From the sequence record MN013077.1: a DNA stretch of 64,000 bases. One strand, 5' to 3'. Source of the stretch: Klebsiella phage vB_KaeM_KaOmega. Positions 40,636 to 49,874 of the stretch are shown here, in pieces (within the stretch, counting starts at the first letter, position 1; each line of letters opens with the position of its first letter). Position numbers and translations under genes: made by a program. The notes beneath the pieces are model-generated. The model was not told the DNA's origin and did no database searches. It saw only the letters and a program-made list of their open reading frames with translations.

Positions 40636-41032
40636 CTGGCATCATCTCCCCCAAGTCAAAGGCCCTATAAGCTCGGCGCTTATTCCACTCGTTCGCCCAA
40701 GCCTCCCGGATCGATTTCCACTCGTACTCATCCACCACCTTGATAAAAGAAAGTTCGTCACCGTTCAATTGGGTAGCATCCTCAATCATGGCAAAGGTTT
40801 CTGGTTTCAACCGTACCTTAAATGGAAGCCCCGCATACGATAAAACATAAAGCTCCGTGCTGATACCCATAGGCCCGGGAGTCCCGGACACCCCTATATC
40901 CCCTCTCGGTCCGGATAGCCCGTCTATCCCCATCACAACCCCTGTTGTCGCATCGTAGCGAAGGTGAGCCGCCTGTAATTCCCGACGAACTCTATCCGCT
41001 GCACTGGGACTAATATTTCGCTTTTGGCCCAT
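40628..41032 (-). CDS. paralog-family protein with collagen-like tract
   Basis: Start moved to MGQKRNIS at 41032 (GGAG SD); the track N-terminus is W/C-rich junk. GLSGPRGDIGVSGTPGPMG; C-terminus GDELSFIKVVDEYEW. Confidence 0.5.
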   Translation of the reverse strand: MGQKRNISPSAADRVRRELQAAHLRYDATTGVVMGIDGLSGPRGDIGVSGTPGPMGISTELYVLSYAGLPFKVRLKPETFAMIEDATQLNGDELSFIKVVDEYEWKSIREAWANEWNKRRAYRAFDLGEMMPDE

Positions 41033-41483
41033 TGTATTTCTCCAGTAAAAGACGATCAGCTTCATCCAAAGCCCCGGCAAACAGGGGCACCATAGGGGCA
41101 AGATCTGCGTACAGAACCTCGAACATTGCCACCTCGCCCTCGTCAACATTGTGAGTATCTAAGAAGATCTCCTCGATCGATAGTCGCTCCGTGTCGTTCC
41201 GTCCAAAGGCATGATAAACCAAACGATCTCCTTTCTCCGGGCAGGTCCGCCATTGTAGAAGACCACTCATGCTTTTGGTCCACAGACGGAGATCTCCATT
41301 CTTCATCTCGTGGCGCATGGTAAACTCACGAGTGGTGTTGGGTCCGGTAGGGACTTCCAAGGACAATCCCCGGAATTTACCTTCCAACTTGGTTACGATC
41401 TGCCGTCTGACCGGATCGCCCATGACCGCCTTCCAACTCCAGTCTCGGGCCAGCCTCTCGATTACATCTTTGATTTCACTCAT
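41010..41483 (-). CDS. paralog-family protein
   Basis: ATG at 41483 (MSEIKDV..., GAAGGA SD); the track starts at TTG 41489. C-terminus IEEIFLDTHNVDEGEVAMFEVLYADL. Confidence 0.5.
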   Translation of the reverse strand: MSEIKDVIERLARDWSWKAVMGDPVRRQIVTKLEGKFRGLSLEVPTGPNTTREFTMRHEMKNGDLRLWTKSMSGLLQWRTCPEKGDRLVYHAFGRNDTERLSIEEIFLDTHNVDEGEVAMFEVLYADLAPMVPLFAGALDEADRLLLEKYNGPKAKY

Positions 41484-41485
41484 TA

Positions 41486-42001
41486 TCAATCCTTCAGTGG
41501 GAAAAATACAGACAGGGTATTAGAACCCGCCGCCTTGTCGAGTTTCCGGATAACACCGAAAAACTCTCGGTTCATATCTATCAACATCTGCTCGTCACCA
41601 TAAAGCATCTGGAACATATCCAACTCTTCAAATGTTGGACGCCAAGGATCGTCAAACATCTCCGTCAGGTGGGTTTTCAATCCTGCACCGTTATCGTAGA
41701 TGCAGGAGTTTCCCGTCACTGTCAAACGAGATCGGGATAGCATCAGTCCGGGAATCTCCAAGCTCACCAAGTCACCCGATTCTGGGTCGATGTTCGCCTT
41801 TACCATCTTCTCGATATCCCAAGAGGAGTCGGTTTTGGTCTTCAGGTAGAACGATGCTCGGCTATCTACATCTATTCCTCGCTCCACCCGGTACTCCAAG
41901 AACTTGAAGAAGACCTGGTGCTTCAACCAGTGGTTCCAACCGATCCAACGGGCACCCTGCCCGAACACCTCACGGGTTATCTCCTCTGAAGTCTTTCTCA
42001 T
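41486..42001 (-). CDS. paralog-family protein
   Basis: Start moved to MRKTSEEI at 42001 (GGAGAG SD). C-terminus LTEMFDDPWRPTFEELDMFQMLYGDE. Confidence 0.5.
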   Translation of the reverse strand: MRKTSEEITREVFGQGARWIGWNHWLKHQVFFKFLEYRVERGIDVDSRASFYLKTKTDSSWDIEKMVKANIDPESGDLVSLEIPGLMLSRSRLTVTGNSCIYDNGAGLKTHLTEMFDDPWRPTFEELDMFQMLYGDEQMLIDMNREFFGVIRKLDKAAGSNTLSVFFPLKD

Positions 42002-42395
42002 ATTTGTCTCTCCACTCGTTAAGTTCATCTTTTGCCAGTTGTTTTGCACGAAGATCCGACCACAGTGCCTCAAAGGCTTTATACTCCTCGGGGTAAGTGG
42101 TTTCGAAGATCGCTAAGTCATCCATGTCCAAATTGTCAGGATCAAGGAACAACTCTGTTATATCATACTCTGACCACAGTGTAACCTTCACACCCTCGTA
42201 AGTCAACTCTTGTTCTGCCTTTCTGATGAAAGGTCCCTGCGGGCCTGTCATAGAACCCAATCCATTCCACTGCCGACCGTCCCATGCGTACAAATCAGAT
42301 CCCACTATGTAGGTATCTCCAGCGGTAACTTTTTGGGGCGGGCACGGCAGTTCATGAACCCCGTTCAGATAACCCTTTATGGATAAACTGTTCAT
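41970..42395 (-). CDS. paralog-family protein with collagen-like tract
   Basis: Start moved to MNSLSIKG at 42395. GLGSMTGPQGP; C-terminus ITELFLDPDNLDMDDLAIFETTYPEEY. Confidence 0.5.
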   Translation of the reverse strand: MNSLSIKGYLNGVHELPCPPQKVTAGDTYIVGSDLYAWDGRQWNGLGSMTGPQGPFIRKAEQELTYEGVKVTLWSEYDITELFLDPDNLDMDDLAIFETTYPEEYKAFEALWSDLRAKQLAKDELNEWRDKYEKDFRGDNP

Positions 42396-42441
42396 AAACC
42401 TCCAAAAGAAAAGGTCGATCGTCTTTCGACGATCGACCCGA

Positions 42442-42885
42442 TTATCCAAAGAACAGTACGATTACTGTTACGATGGCGTATACCGCCGCCCCGGCAATGA
42501 GAATCATCCCGAAGGGCTTGCGTGTGAAGCGCTTGAGGCGAGCAAACAAGGAGTTCCTTTTCTTATGCTCCGCAACAAAATTATTGCAGAGTGTCAGGAA
42601 AGCGTTGATCTCCCCAGCATGTCCCGTCATAGCGAATGGAGTGTGCTTCAACTCTCCGGGGTTCGGGACTGCAATCGGCCCGGAAGGTGTTTCTACCACC
42701 ATTCCGTGCTGATTTACCCGGTAAGTAACCCCTCGGACCTTATCTTCAAGAACATAAGCCCTGAATCCCCGAGCGTCCGCCTTGGCCCTGCGGATAGATC
42801 CGCAAGAGTATTCCAGACGATCCCCTCGGATCAGGTCGAGGTTACCCTCTACCATCGGAAGTTGACGAACGTATGCGTAAAACAT
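42442..42885 (-). CDS. tail-anchored membrane protein
   Basis: 147 aa; C-terminal TM helix FGMILIAGAAVYAIVTVIVLFFG. Confidence 0.5.
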   Translation of the reverse strand: MFYAYVRQLPMVEGNLDLIRGDRLEYSCGSIRRAKADARGFRAYVLEDKVRGVTYRVNQHGMVVETPSGPIAVPNPGELKHTPFAMTGHAGEINAFLTLCNNFVAEHKKRNSLFARLKRFTRKPFGMILIAGAAVYAIVTVIVLFFG

Positions 42886-42934
42886 AGCCTTCCTCCCGTT
42901 GTAAGATTCCGCACACCCATTTTACCATGTTATG

Positions 42935-42965
42935 CAAAAATACAACAGGAGACTCTTGACAAAGT
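42935..42965. promoter_or_regulatory. palindrome TGACA-TGT-TGTCA overlapping TTGACA-like promoter elements
   Basis: TTGACAAAGTTGACATGTTGTCATTTTACAC lies in the intergenic region upstream of minus gene 42442..42885. Confidence 0.3.
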
Positions 42966-43090
42966 TGACATGTTGTCATTTTACACAACAAATTATCCGC
43001 TTCACATTTAAATCGCTAAAATACATTTTAATACATCGAAAATGCCTATCGTCGGGATCTGGTCAATAGGCATAACCTTGCAGTGAATTT

Positions 43091-43684
43091 TTAGTCAAAA
43101 GTTCTTTCACATCTCTGTTGGAATCTCTCCAGTGCGATCGACGTCCTTGGTTCTGCCAATCCGGTGCCGTAAACATAGGAATTTCCCCTCATCGTTTTAC
43201 GAACACCATACGATCCCAACTCCAAGTCTTCGTACATAACGTCGAACCCGTCTTCGGTCTCAATCACCTCTGTTGGAAGAGCATAAAACTCCATCAGGAA
43301 CTTCTTCATCTTTCCGGCGATCCATAGCGCGTCAGTCCGGGTGTAGAAGTTTCTTTCATCACTGAGCTTTATCAGTTCCAGCTTGAGGAACACAGGAAGA
43401 TGTGTCTCATCAAGGATCGGCTCATCCCGGTAGCAAGGGGTCAAAGCCATCCAACGTCCCGGCTTGAGTTTACCTTCTTTCTCCAACTGGAGGAAAGACT
43501 GCTCCGCAGATGCCACGACGGTATCATCACCTGCGCCATACAATCGGCTGTCGTGTACGCCCGCCGGGCAGGTGTGAGACATTACGTCCGGGTCCACAAG
43601 TGCCGGGACCTTCTTGGTCTCGAACCAAAGTCCCCACCAATTGGTGGCGTCCTTGATTAATTGCAGGTTCATAGGATATTTCAT
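43091..43684 (-). CDS. hypothetical protein
   Basis: 197 aa; the C-terminal TEVIETEDGFDVMYEDLELG may be a divergent copy of the family module. Confidence 0.5.
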   Translation of the reverse strand: MKYPMNLQLIKDATNWWGLWFETKKVPALVDPDVMSHTCPAGVHDSRLYGAGDDTVVASAEQSFLQLEKEGKLKPGRWMALTPCYRDEPILDETHLPVFLKLELIKLSDERNFYTRTDALWIAGKMKKFLMEFYALPTEVIETEDGFDVMYEDLELGSYGVRKTMRGNSYVYGTGLAEPRTSIALERFQQRCERTFD

Positions 43685-43685
43685 A

Positions 43686-43946
43686 TCACCCCCGGTGACC
43701 GTTTTTGAATGCCCGTTGAGTAATACCGGAGAACTTTTTCAGATCCTCCATCTTGAACCCCGGGTAGTTTTCTTCCAAGAAGCCCTGCATGGCCCCATAT
43801 AGATCAGACATCTCGACAAGAATCATGACGTGGCTACCCTGACGGTGTGCATCCAGCAGTTCCTCGACCTCTTCTTGAATCTTGCCGAGAGATCCGAAAC
43901 GGCGTTTTTCTATTTTGTCCAAGTGATAACCTGGTTTACTTTCCAC
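43686..43946 (-). CDS. MazG-like nucleotide pyrophosphohydrolase (all-alpha NTP-PPase)
   Basis: 86 aa; LGKIQEEVEELLDA...VMILVEMSDLYGAM matches the MazG E-x-x-E...E-x-x-D metal-binding pattern. Confidence 0.55.
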   Translation of the reverse strand: MESKPGYHLDKIEKRRFGSLGKIQEEVEELLDAHRQGSHVMILVEMSDLYGAMQGFLEENYPGFKMEDLKKFSGITQRAFKNGHRG

Positions 43947-43958
43947 AATGTGCCCTCC

Positions 43959-44450
43959 TCACGGACAACAGCGGTCTGACCCGCCGCAGTAATATGACCA
44001 GTTCTTACCGTTATAGTAATTTACTGATCCGACTCTTTCACATCTCTCGCAGCGTTCCTCTCTTACGTAGTAGTCTATGCTGCACGAGTGTGGCCTGTTG
44101 AAAGCCTCGATTATGTCAAAGCATAAGGTTCTTAACCACTGCATCTGATTATGGTCACAAACCTCCAGCAAGTCAATCTCTTCTTTTCTGGGTCGGGCAG
44201 GATCTTCGAAATATGGTGTCACAACCCACCCAAGTGCGAGACTGGTTACCTCACCGTCCACCACGTTGTACACAATATCCTCTATGTGGCGGACAGTAAC
44301 TTCTTCGATTACTTCCTTGCAGGCTTTTCCACCAATGCTTACTTTCCCGTTACGGATGTTGTCCTCAATCCAACGAATCACCGGGAATTTCTCCCGGTGT
44401 GTTTTCATTGACAACAGGTAAGCCATTCGCCCGTTGTTCATTGTTACCAT
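43959..44450 (-). CDS. hypothetical Cys-rich protein
   Basis: 163 aa; C-terminal cluster CERCERVGSVNYYNGKNWSYYCGGSDRCC. Confidence 0.5.
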   Translation of the reverse strand: MVTMNNGRMAYLLSMKTHREKFPVIRWIEDNIRNGKVSIGGKACKEVIEEVTVRHIEDIVYNVVDGEVTSLALGWVVTPYFEDPARPRKEEIDLLEVCDHNQMQWLRTLCFDIIEAFNRPHSCSIDYYVREERCERCERVGSVNYYNGKNWSYYCGGSDRCCP

Positions 44451-45595
44451 ACAGAATCCTGTACATTGAGGATCAGTTCTTCAGCCAATCGCTTGTTGCT
44501 GTTCTTCGGCAACTTACTCTCGTGGTAAAGAACTTCACGGATCAGTTTGTCCTTGTCTTCTGCCCACTCAACGATATCCTCATAGCTGTGGGTTCCGTTA
44601 CGGATGCCGAGCAATTCCTCTGCGTCCGGTCGGCGAACGATAACCTGACCAGTTTCCAGGATTTCCTGTCCCATACGGAGCAGGCGCACCAAGTGCATGG
44701 CATGTTTGGTGTCGTAACCGAACTTCTCTTCCAGTTCGTGCCGGGCGGCGTTACGGTTCTTCACCCACTGCCAGTAGTTGTGGTGCTTATCTTTCGCCGT
44801 CATGTGATCCTGACGGAGATACTTCACGATGAACAGCGGCGGTTGCTTCTTCACAGATTCCGGGATCTCGTCGTACTGCAACTTACGGATCGAGCCGTCT
44901 GGGTTGAACATTGGCCCAACGTCCGCTCGGTGATCCGGCACAACGCCGTAGATGTCAGCACCGAATGGCACCAAGGTGCATAGACCTTCCATGTTGTTCA
45001 GTTTACGCATGAAGTCTTCGTGCTTCAACACCTTCACGTCAAGGTAGCTCTGCACCAAGCGGAAGAACTCCAGTTGGGTCGGCTTGGCTTCGGGCATCGG
45101 GTTGTTGATATGCTTGTTGTGACCCTTGATGCGTTTCAACTGCGCCATCGCATACCCGCCGAAGCGGTAAGCAACGTTTTTGTTCAGCAGTTCTGGCAAG
45201 AACGACTTCAAGTAGTCCCACGCCGGATGCTTGTACAGGGTCGCTTGGTCATCGGTGAATCCAAGCTCGATGATGTTGGGGTTCATGTCGCAGAACAATT
45301 CCATGAAGTTGTTCAGTTCGTAAACCTTACCATCCTCTTCGTCCTCAATCCCCATTTCACGGAGAGTGCGGAACGGTGCCCGGATGACTCCCGGGCGGGC
45401 AACGATGATGCCACGGATATCGGTATCGCTAGTCGGAGTCGCCGTACCATACGCATGAGATCCGGCGAGACATAACATCAGCACCTTCGACACGTCTTTG
45501 TGACTTTCCAGTTTCTCGACGATGCTTTTTACCCTTCCATTTGTCACAATGGTATTTTCCATTAATCCTCCAGTCGTGCAAATCACAGAGACCAA
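44444..45595 (-). CDS. Pol-beta-superfamily nucleotidyltransferase (GS-x10-DxD class; RlaP-like or CD-NTase-like)
   Basis: 383-aa track ORF (likely start MENTIVTNGR). Core motif LAGSHAYGTATPTSDTDIRGIIV; C-terminal helical domain. The family cannot be resolved by eye. Confidence 0.55.
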   Translation of the reverse strand: MVSVICTTGGLMENTIVTNGRVKSIVEKLESHKDVSKVLMLCLAGSHAYGTATPTSDTDIRGIIVARPGVIRAPFRTLREMGIEDEEDGKVYELNNFMELFCDMNPNIIELGFTDDQATLYKHPAWDYLKSFLPELLNKNVAYRFGGYAMAQLKRIKGHNKHINNPMPEAKPTQLEFFRLVQSYLDVKVLKHEDFMRKLNNMEGLCTLVPFGADIYGVVPDHRADVGPMFNPDGSIRKLQYDEIPESVKKQPPLFIVKYLRQDHMTAKDKHHNYWQWVKNRNAARHELEEKFGYDTKHAMHLVRLLRMGQEILETGQVIVRRPDAEELLGIRNGTHSYEDIVEWAEDKDKLIREVLYHESKLPKNSNKRLAEELILNVQDSVW

Positions 45596-45649
45596 CCCAC
45601 CCGGGCTTCTTCACCCGGATGAAATTGTTGCAGTTCGTACAGTCTTTGG

Positions 45650-46051
45650 TTAGAGACATTTTACCCCGTAAACAATTAGCGCGATCACCATACCACTTGT
45701 GTAGATTGCACCGAAGACATGTTGACCGTAAGTGAACGTTTTGGTCTTGCCTGCATTGGCGATGCCCAAAATGTATCCAACAATGATCGATGCCCAGTGA
45801 ACAATCAGGATGCCGAGGCTCAGTGCGCCAGGAGACCAAATGTACAGCGAGTAAGAAAGGTACGCTGCAAAGATACCCATCAAGGTCTTGAAGAGAAGAG
45901 ACCCGGCACCCAGCGTCCGCTGTTCGAACTTCAATGCTTCCGGCTTAATGCTTTCTAAGAAGAGCATCAGGCCCAAGCTGATTACATTCAGGCTCGCGCC
46001 CAAGCAGAAGATTACCATAAGAACGATGTACTGCCAAGTTGGTGCCAACAT
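45650..46051 (-). CDS. integral membrane protein (about 4 TM)
   Basis: 133 aa, highly hydrophobic. Confidence 0.5.
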   Translation of the reverse strand: MLAPTWQYIVLMVIFCLGASLNVISLGLMLFLESIKPEALKFEQRTLGAGSLLFKTLMGIFAAYLSYSLYIWSPGALSLGILIVHWASIIVGYILGIANAGKTKTFTYGQHVFGAIYTSGMVIALIVYGVKCL

Positions 46052-46452
46052 TATAATTTCTCCTCATAAATATCAGTGATGAGGTCAGAGACCTCGAAAG
46101 GTTCTAACTCTTCGACGTTGATCAGGCGCTTCAAACGCTCAATAACGAAGTCCTTCTTCACAAACACATCCGACAGGTGTGCAATGTCCTGCTTCCCACG
46201 CACCCCACTGACCAACTGCTTGTACCGGATATGCTCATAATACTCTTCCCGGGTGATGTCTGTCAACATCTTTCCATCTGCGAGTTTCAAAAAGACAGTG
46301 CCGTGGTCCCAGTCGAATCCGCTGTGGGCAGAGTCTACACTGACACGGGGTGTTCCGCCAATGGTCACGAAACCTTTGTCGATCTGTACCGCCACTTTGT
46401 CTTCCGGGTTGCATTTCTGCAACTGCTCAATCAACTCTTTAACTTTTATCAT
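46051..46452 (-). CDS. hypothetical protein
   Basis: 133 aa. Confidence 0.5.
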   Translation of the reverse strand: MIKVKELIEQLQKCNPEDKVAVQIDKGFVTIGGTPRVSVDSAHSGFDWDHGTVFLKLADGKMLTDITREEYYEHIRYKQLVSGVRGKQDIAHLSDVFVKKDFVIERLKRLINVEELEPFEVSDLITDIYEEKL

Positions 46453-46748
46453 TTGCCGACCTTACAGAAATGTGCCAGAGCCAACCCGATCAGGGACAGA
46501 ACTGCCGCCGCCAAGATGAAAGGTAAAAAGAACGGCAGTATTGTCAGCAGTACCGGGGTGATGAAGCCAAGAACAGCGCCAACCAATGATCCCAGCATCG
46601 CCCCATTTTCACGATTGTAACTCGGTTCCCCGGCAAGGGCCAAGAGTACCACCCCTAACCACACCAAGACGCCGATTATCGCCCATACCCACCCTATCAT
46701 CACGACACTTCCGATAGCGTTCGAAGCCGCAACCATTAAATCAAACAT
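46449..46748 (-). CDS. integral membrane protein (about 3 TM)
   Basis: 99 aa, hydrophobic. Confidence 0.5.
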   Translation of the reverse strand: MFDLMVAASNAIGSVVMIGWVWAIIGVLVWLGVVLLALAGEPSYNRENGAMLGSLVGAVLGFITPVLLTILPFFLPFILAAAVLSLIGLALAHFCKVGK

Positions 46749-46750
46749 GA

Positions 46751-47206
46751 TTAACCCCTTTTCAGATGGAACTTTTTGAGTTCAACTATGAAATTGCGTT
46801 CTGTTTCCGTAAAGTCTACCCACTGGCAGAAATCACCTTCCTCGAAGTACCCCGCCGGGGCCTCGCCGTCCTCGTCCAGCTTCACGTCGTAAAAGTAATC
46901 TGGCAGAACGAAGGCAATAGCCGTCAGTGCTCCGTTCAGTGCATCTTCTTCCTCGTGGAAGTAGGCATACGGGATGGAATTTGGAATCTTGTCCGCAAAT
47001 TCATACATACGCTGCTGGTATCCTCCATCGAGTACGATGAAGGTCTTGTCCTTCTTCAGCCACTGGTCGATCAGTTTTACCTTCGGATTGTCCCGAGGCT
47101 CATCGGAGTAATCCGCAATCAGTTCGCAGGCGGCGTGTCCGGCTTGGATTCCTGCCTGGATACCCATGATATACTGATTCACCAAGAAATACATGCGAGT
47201 CTTCAC
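46751..47206 (-). CDS. possible PTH2-like peptidyl-tRNA hydrolase
   Basis: 151 aa; LVNQYIMGIQAGIQAGHAA resembles the PTH2 motif (MGKGKIAAQCSHAA). Tentative. Confidence 0.3.
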   Translation of the reverse strand: MKTRMYFLVNQYIMGIQAGIQAGHAACELIADYSDEPRDNPKVKLIDQWLKKDKTFIVLDGGYQQRMYEFADKIPNSIPYAYFHEEEDALNGALTAIAFVLPDYFYDVKLDEDGEAPAGYFEEGDFCQWVDFTETERNFIVELKKFHLKRG

Positions 47207-47526
47207 TCTTTACCTCCGAAAATTTTACGGGCCAATTCCTCATTGCCGATCGTGTGGTTCCAAATCCAGCAGACGATTTCGATAATCCAAGCCACAACAT
47301 AAAACAGGACCAGCAGGCTCCAACCAAGAGGCCACAACACCGCCATCAGGAACCACCCAAGCATCAGTAGGCTCCAGTCCACATTTTTGTGGTTCAACGG
47401 ATCAAGCAGATTACCGTCAAATTTACGAGGCATCTGGATATACCACCCGCACTGGCGTAGCTTAATGCCTAAAAACCAAAGCACGGCACTAATACAGACG
47501 CCAAGTAGGTAAATTTGAATCGTCAT
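47203..47526 (-). CDS. membrane protein
   Basis: 107 aa; Trp-rich TM segments. Confidence 0.45.
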   Translation of the reverse strand: MTIQIYLLGVCISAVLWFLGIKLRQCGWYIQMPRKFDGNLLDPLNHKNVDWSLLMLGWFLMAVLWPLGWSLLVLFYVVAWIIEIVCWIWNHTIGNEELARKIFGGKE

Positions 47527-48811
47527 ATCCTTCCTCCTCTCTTAATTTTTTGATTTCTGCCTTAACCCGGGTCAGGGCACGGGCAACGTATTTTACTTTC
47601 ATCGCTCGGATCTCAGAAGAGATTAATTCACGGCGACCTGCGAGCCTTGTGGAGATCTCTTTGCTTTTCTCGGAGATTTCCAGTCGGTTCTTATGCAACT
47701 CAACAGCACAGGCCCATAATACATGAGGCTGGTCGTAGATGTCAAACATTTTCTCCGGGCCACGGCCCCGGGCATCACACAGACAAGCCTCGATGAATTT
47801 CAGTGCGAACTGATTTTCCTGCGGCTTATGAGCCTTTATGCGTTCAATCAGGTCAAACACCTTTCGAGGCTTCAGGTCCATGATCCTGTGCAGCCGAGTA
47901 TGGTCAGCACAAACACGGTGAGCCAGGTCAGCCCATTTGTTCGGTACGCCGAATCGATCACCCAGTTGTGCAACCAACCCGAGACCGAACTCTTCGTGCC
48001 CGTGCAGGTTCCCGTACTCAAAATACTGGACCTTTCCTAAGTCGTGGCACAGGACTGCCCATTTCACCTCCGGTGACGAAATGATGCGCTGGGCATAGTC
48101 CAAACACAGCAGCGTGTGAACGTATGCGTCACCCTCGGGGTGGTGAGCTTTCGGCTGCAATGCACCCCGCAGGTTAGCCACCTCTGGCATTTCTCCAAGG
48201 TTGCAGAGCATGTCGATCATTAATGATGGTCGGTTATCATTACTCTGGTCCTCGAAGCATTTGCGGATCTCTGCCATCTTACGCTCTTTCGGCAGCGCTG
48301 CCAAGGTCGCCTTTGCACTCTCACAAATGAACATCGTTGAGTGGTCCACGACGAACTTGCCGCCGAAGCGGGCTAAGAAGCGGGCCAGTCGGTAGATGCG
48401 GAGAGGGTCTTCACGCATCGCTGCCGCTGACACGTTCCGAAGTACACCCTTCTGGATATCACGGATACCGCCGTATGGGTCGATGTATTCCCCGGTATCG
48501 AGATCCTTTGCGATCGCATTAATGGTCAGGTCCCGGCGGGCCAAGTCCTCTTGGATCGTCACGTCTGGACTGAACATTACCTCAAAGTCATGGTATCCGT
48601 CACCCGTGGAACTCTCAGTACGGGCCAGGGCATACTCTTCCTTCGTTTCCGGGTGCAGGTAGACTGGGAAAGCCGCCCCGACTTGTTCAAAACCGGAGGC
48701 GATCATGTCTTCGTGGGTGGAGCCGACCACGACGTAATCACGGTCCTTACTCTCAACACCCATCAGTTCATCGCGGACCGCCCCGCCAACTAAATAAACT
48801 TTCATAGCCAT
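47489..48811 (-). CDS. cca: CCA tRNA nucleotidyltransferase with HD domain
   Basis: MKVYLVGGAVRDELMG...RDLTINA head domain plus an HD motif (AVLCHDLGK). Confidence 0.8.
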   Translation of the reverse strand: MAMKVYLVGGAVRDELMGVESKDRDYVVVGSTHEDMIASGFEQVGAAFPVYLHPETKEEYALARTESSTGDGYHDFEVMFSPDVTIQEDLARRDLTINAIAKDLDTGEYIDPYGGIRDIQKGVLRNVSAAAMREDPLRIYRLARFLARFGGKFVVDHSTMFICESAKATLAALPKERKMAEIRKCFEDQSNDNRPSLMIDMLCNLGEMPEVANLRGALQPKAHHPEGDAYVHTLLCLDYAQRIISSPEVKWAVLCHDLGKVQYFEYGNLHGHEEFGLGLVAQLGDRFGVPNKWADLAHRVCADHTRLHRIMDLKPRKVFDLIERIKAHKPQENQFALKFIEACLCDARGRGPEKMFDIYDQPHVLWACAVELHKNRLEISEKSKEISTRLAGRRELISSEIRAMKVKYVARALTRVKAEIKKLREEEGYDDSNLPTWRLY

Positions 48812-48944
48812 TCCCTCTGTTGATAGCCTTTCTTAAACCCGGTCTCCCAGTCTTCAAACTGCACAGTCCCGGGGCGATATGGATTTTTGTTCTCAAACAT
48901 TCCGTTCTTGAATCCCCAGTCGTGGCCCTCCATGTACTCTTTTG

Positions 48945-49343
48945 TCATACTCGCTCTCCTCGTAAGTTTACTGACCAGCGCTCAATATCCTTTTCCCAAT
49001 CCATCGTGCGCTTTGGCATCTCTTTCTCACCACGCAGGTATCTTAGAATATTCAGCGGGTGCTTGTCAACAAAAGAAATGTCACTGAACGGGTCGTACTC
49101 TCCACGAAGCATGTTCTCGAATCGAGTGAACTCGTTATCGGCCTTCGGTTCAATAGTCATCACGTCGAAATCATCGTGTGGGCGAGAAGGATCATGAGGG
49201 TACACGATCATTTCATACCCGGACAGGGTTCTGGCTTTCTTTGTAAACACCGGGCGGTAAAAAATGTCGTATTTCATGATTGTCTCCTCTTCAATGACTG
49301 CCATTATACACATCGCTGAACGCAATGCAACAAAAAAGGCCAC
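48945..49343 (-). CDS. hypothetical protein
   Basis: 132-aa track ORF; likely start MKYDIFYRP. Confidence 0.45.
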   Translation of the reverse strand: MAFFVALRSAMCIMAVIEEETIMKYDIFYRPVFTKKARTLSGYEMIVYPHDPSRPHDDFDVMTIEPKADNEFTRFENMLRGEYDPFSDISFVDKHPLNILRYLRGEKEMPKRTMDWEKDIERWSVNLRGERV

Positions 49344-49369
49344 CTTCGGGTGGCCTTTTTATTATTTTG
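49332..49369. terminator. bidirectional rho-independent terminator
   Basis: AAAAAA-GGCCACC-ttcg-GGTGGCC-TTTTTATTATTTT. Confidence 0.7.
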
Positions 49370-49874
49370 GGGATATCCAGTAGAAGGGTTTCGGAAGATC
49401 CAGTTTTTTCTTCGGGTCCCAAATGAAATACCCGTATCCGGCACCATCTGTTTTACCGTCTTCCGTGAAGGAAGGGCGTTTGGAAAGAGTCACCAAATGA
49501 TCAAGAGGGTACTGTTTCCAGAAATCCTCTCGACGCATACTCTCCAAGAACCCCAAGCGAAGAAGCATGATTACAACATCTGCATCCTTGTGGGCCTTCT
49601 CCACGAACTCCTGTGCCAGCGAGTAAGGCGGGTTGGTTATAATGCAATCCACACGATCGTAAGAAGTATTAAGATAATCAACACCGTCCCTGATCTCTCC
49701 CCACGCCGAACCGATCGGCAGTTCGTTGTAAAAGCGCCCGGAGGCGCGACACGGTTCCATGTAGGTCCAGCCCTTTCGGATTGGAATCAGGTCGAACAGA
49801 CATTTAACAGCCCACTCCGGGGTTTCGTACACGTCGAAAGCCTTACGTTCGCCCTTTGGCTTCAATGCCGCCAT
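49362..49874 (-). CDS. small NPPY-motif methyltransferase (N6-adenine/N4-cytosine MTase-like)
   Basis: 170 aa; motif I-like EPCRASGRF and motif IV DCIITNPPY. No room for a target-recognition domain. Confidence 0.5.
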   Translation of the reverse strand: MAALKPKGERKAFDVYETPEWAVKCLFDLIPIRKGWTYMEPCRASGRFYNELPIGSAWGEIRDGVDYLNTSYDRVDCIITNPPYSLAQEFVEKAHKDADVVIMLLRLGFLESMRREDFWKQYPLDHLVTLSKRPSFTEDGKTDGAGYGYFIWDPKKKLDLPKPFYWISPK

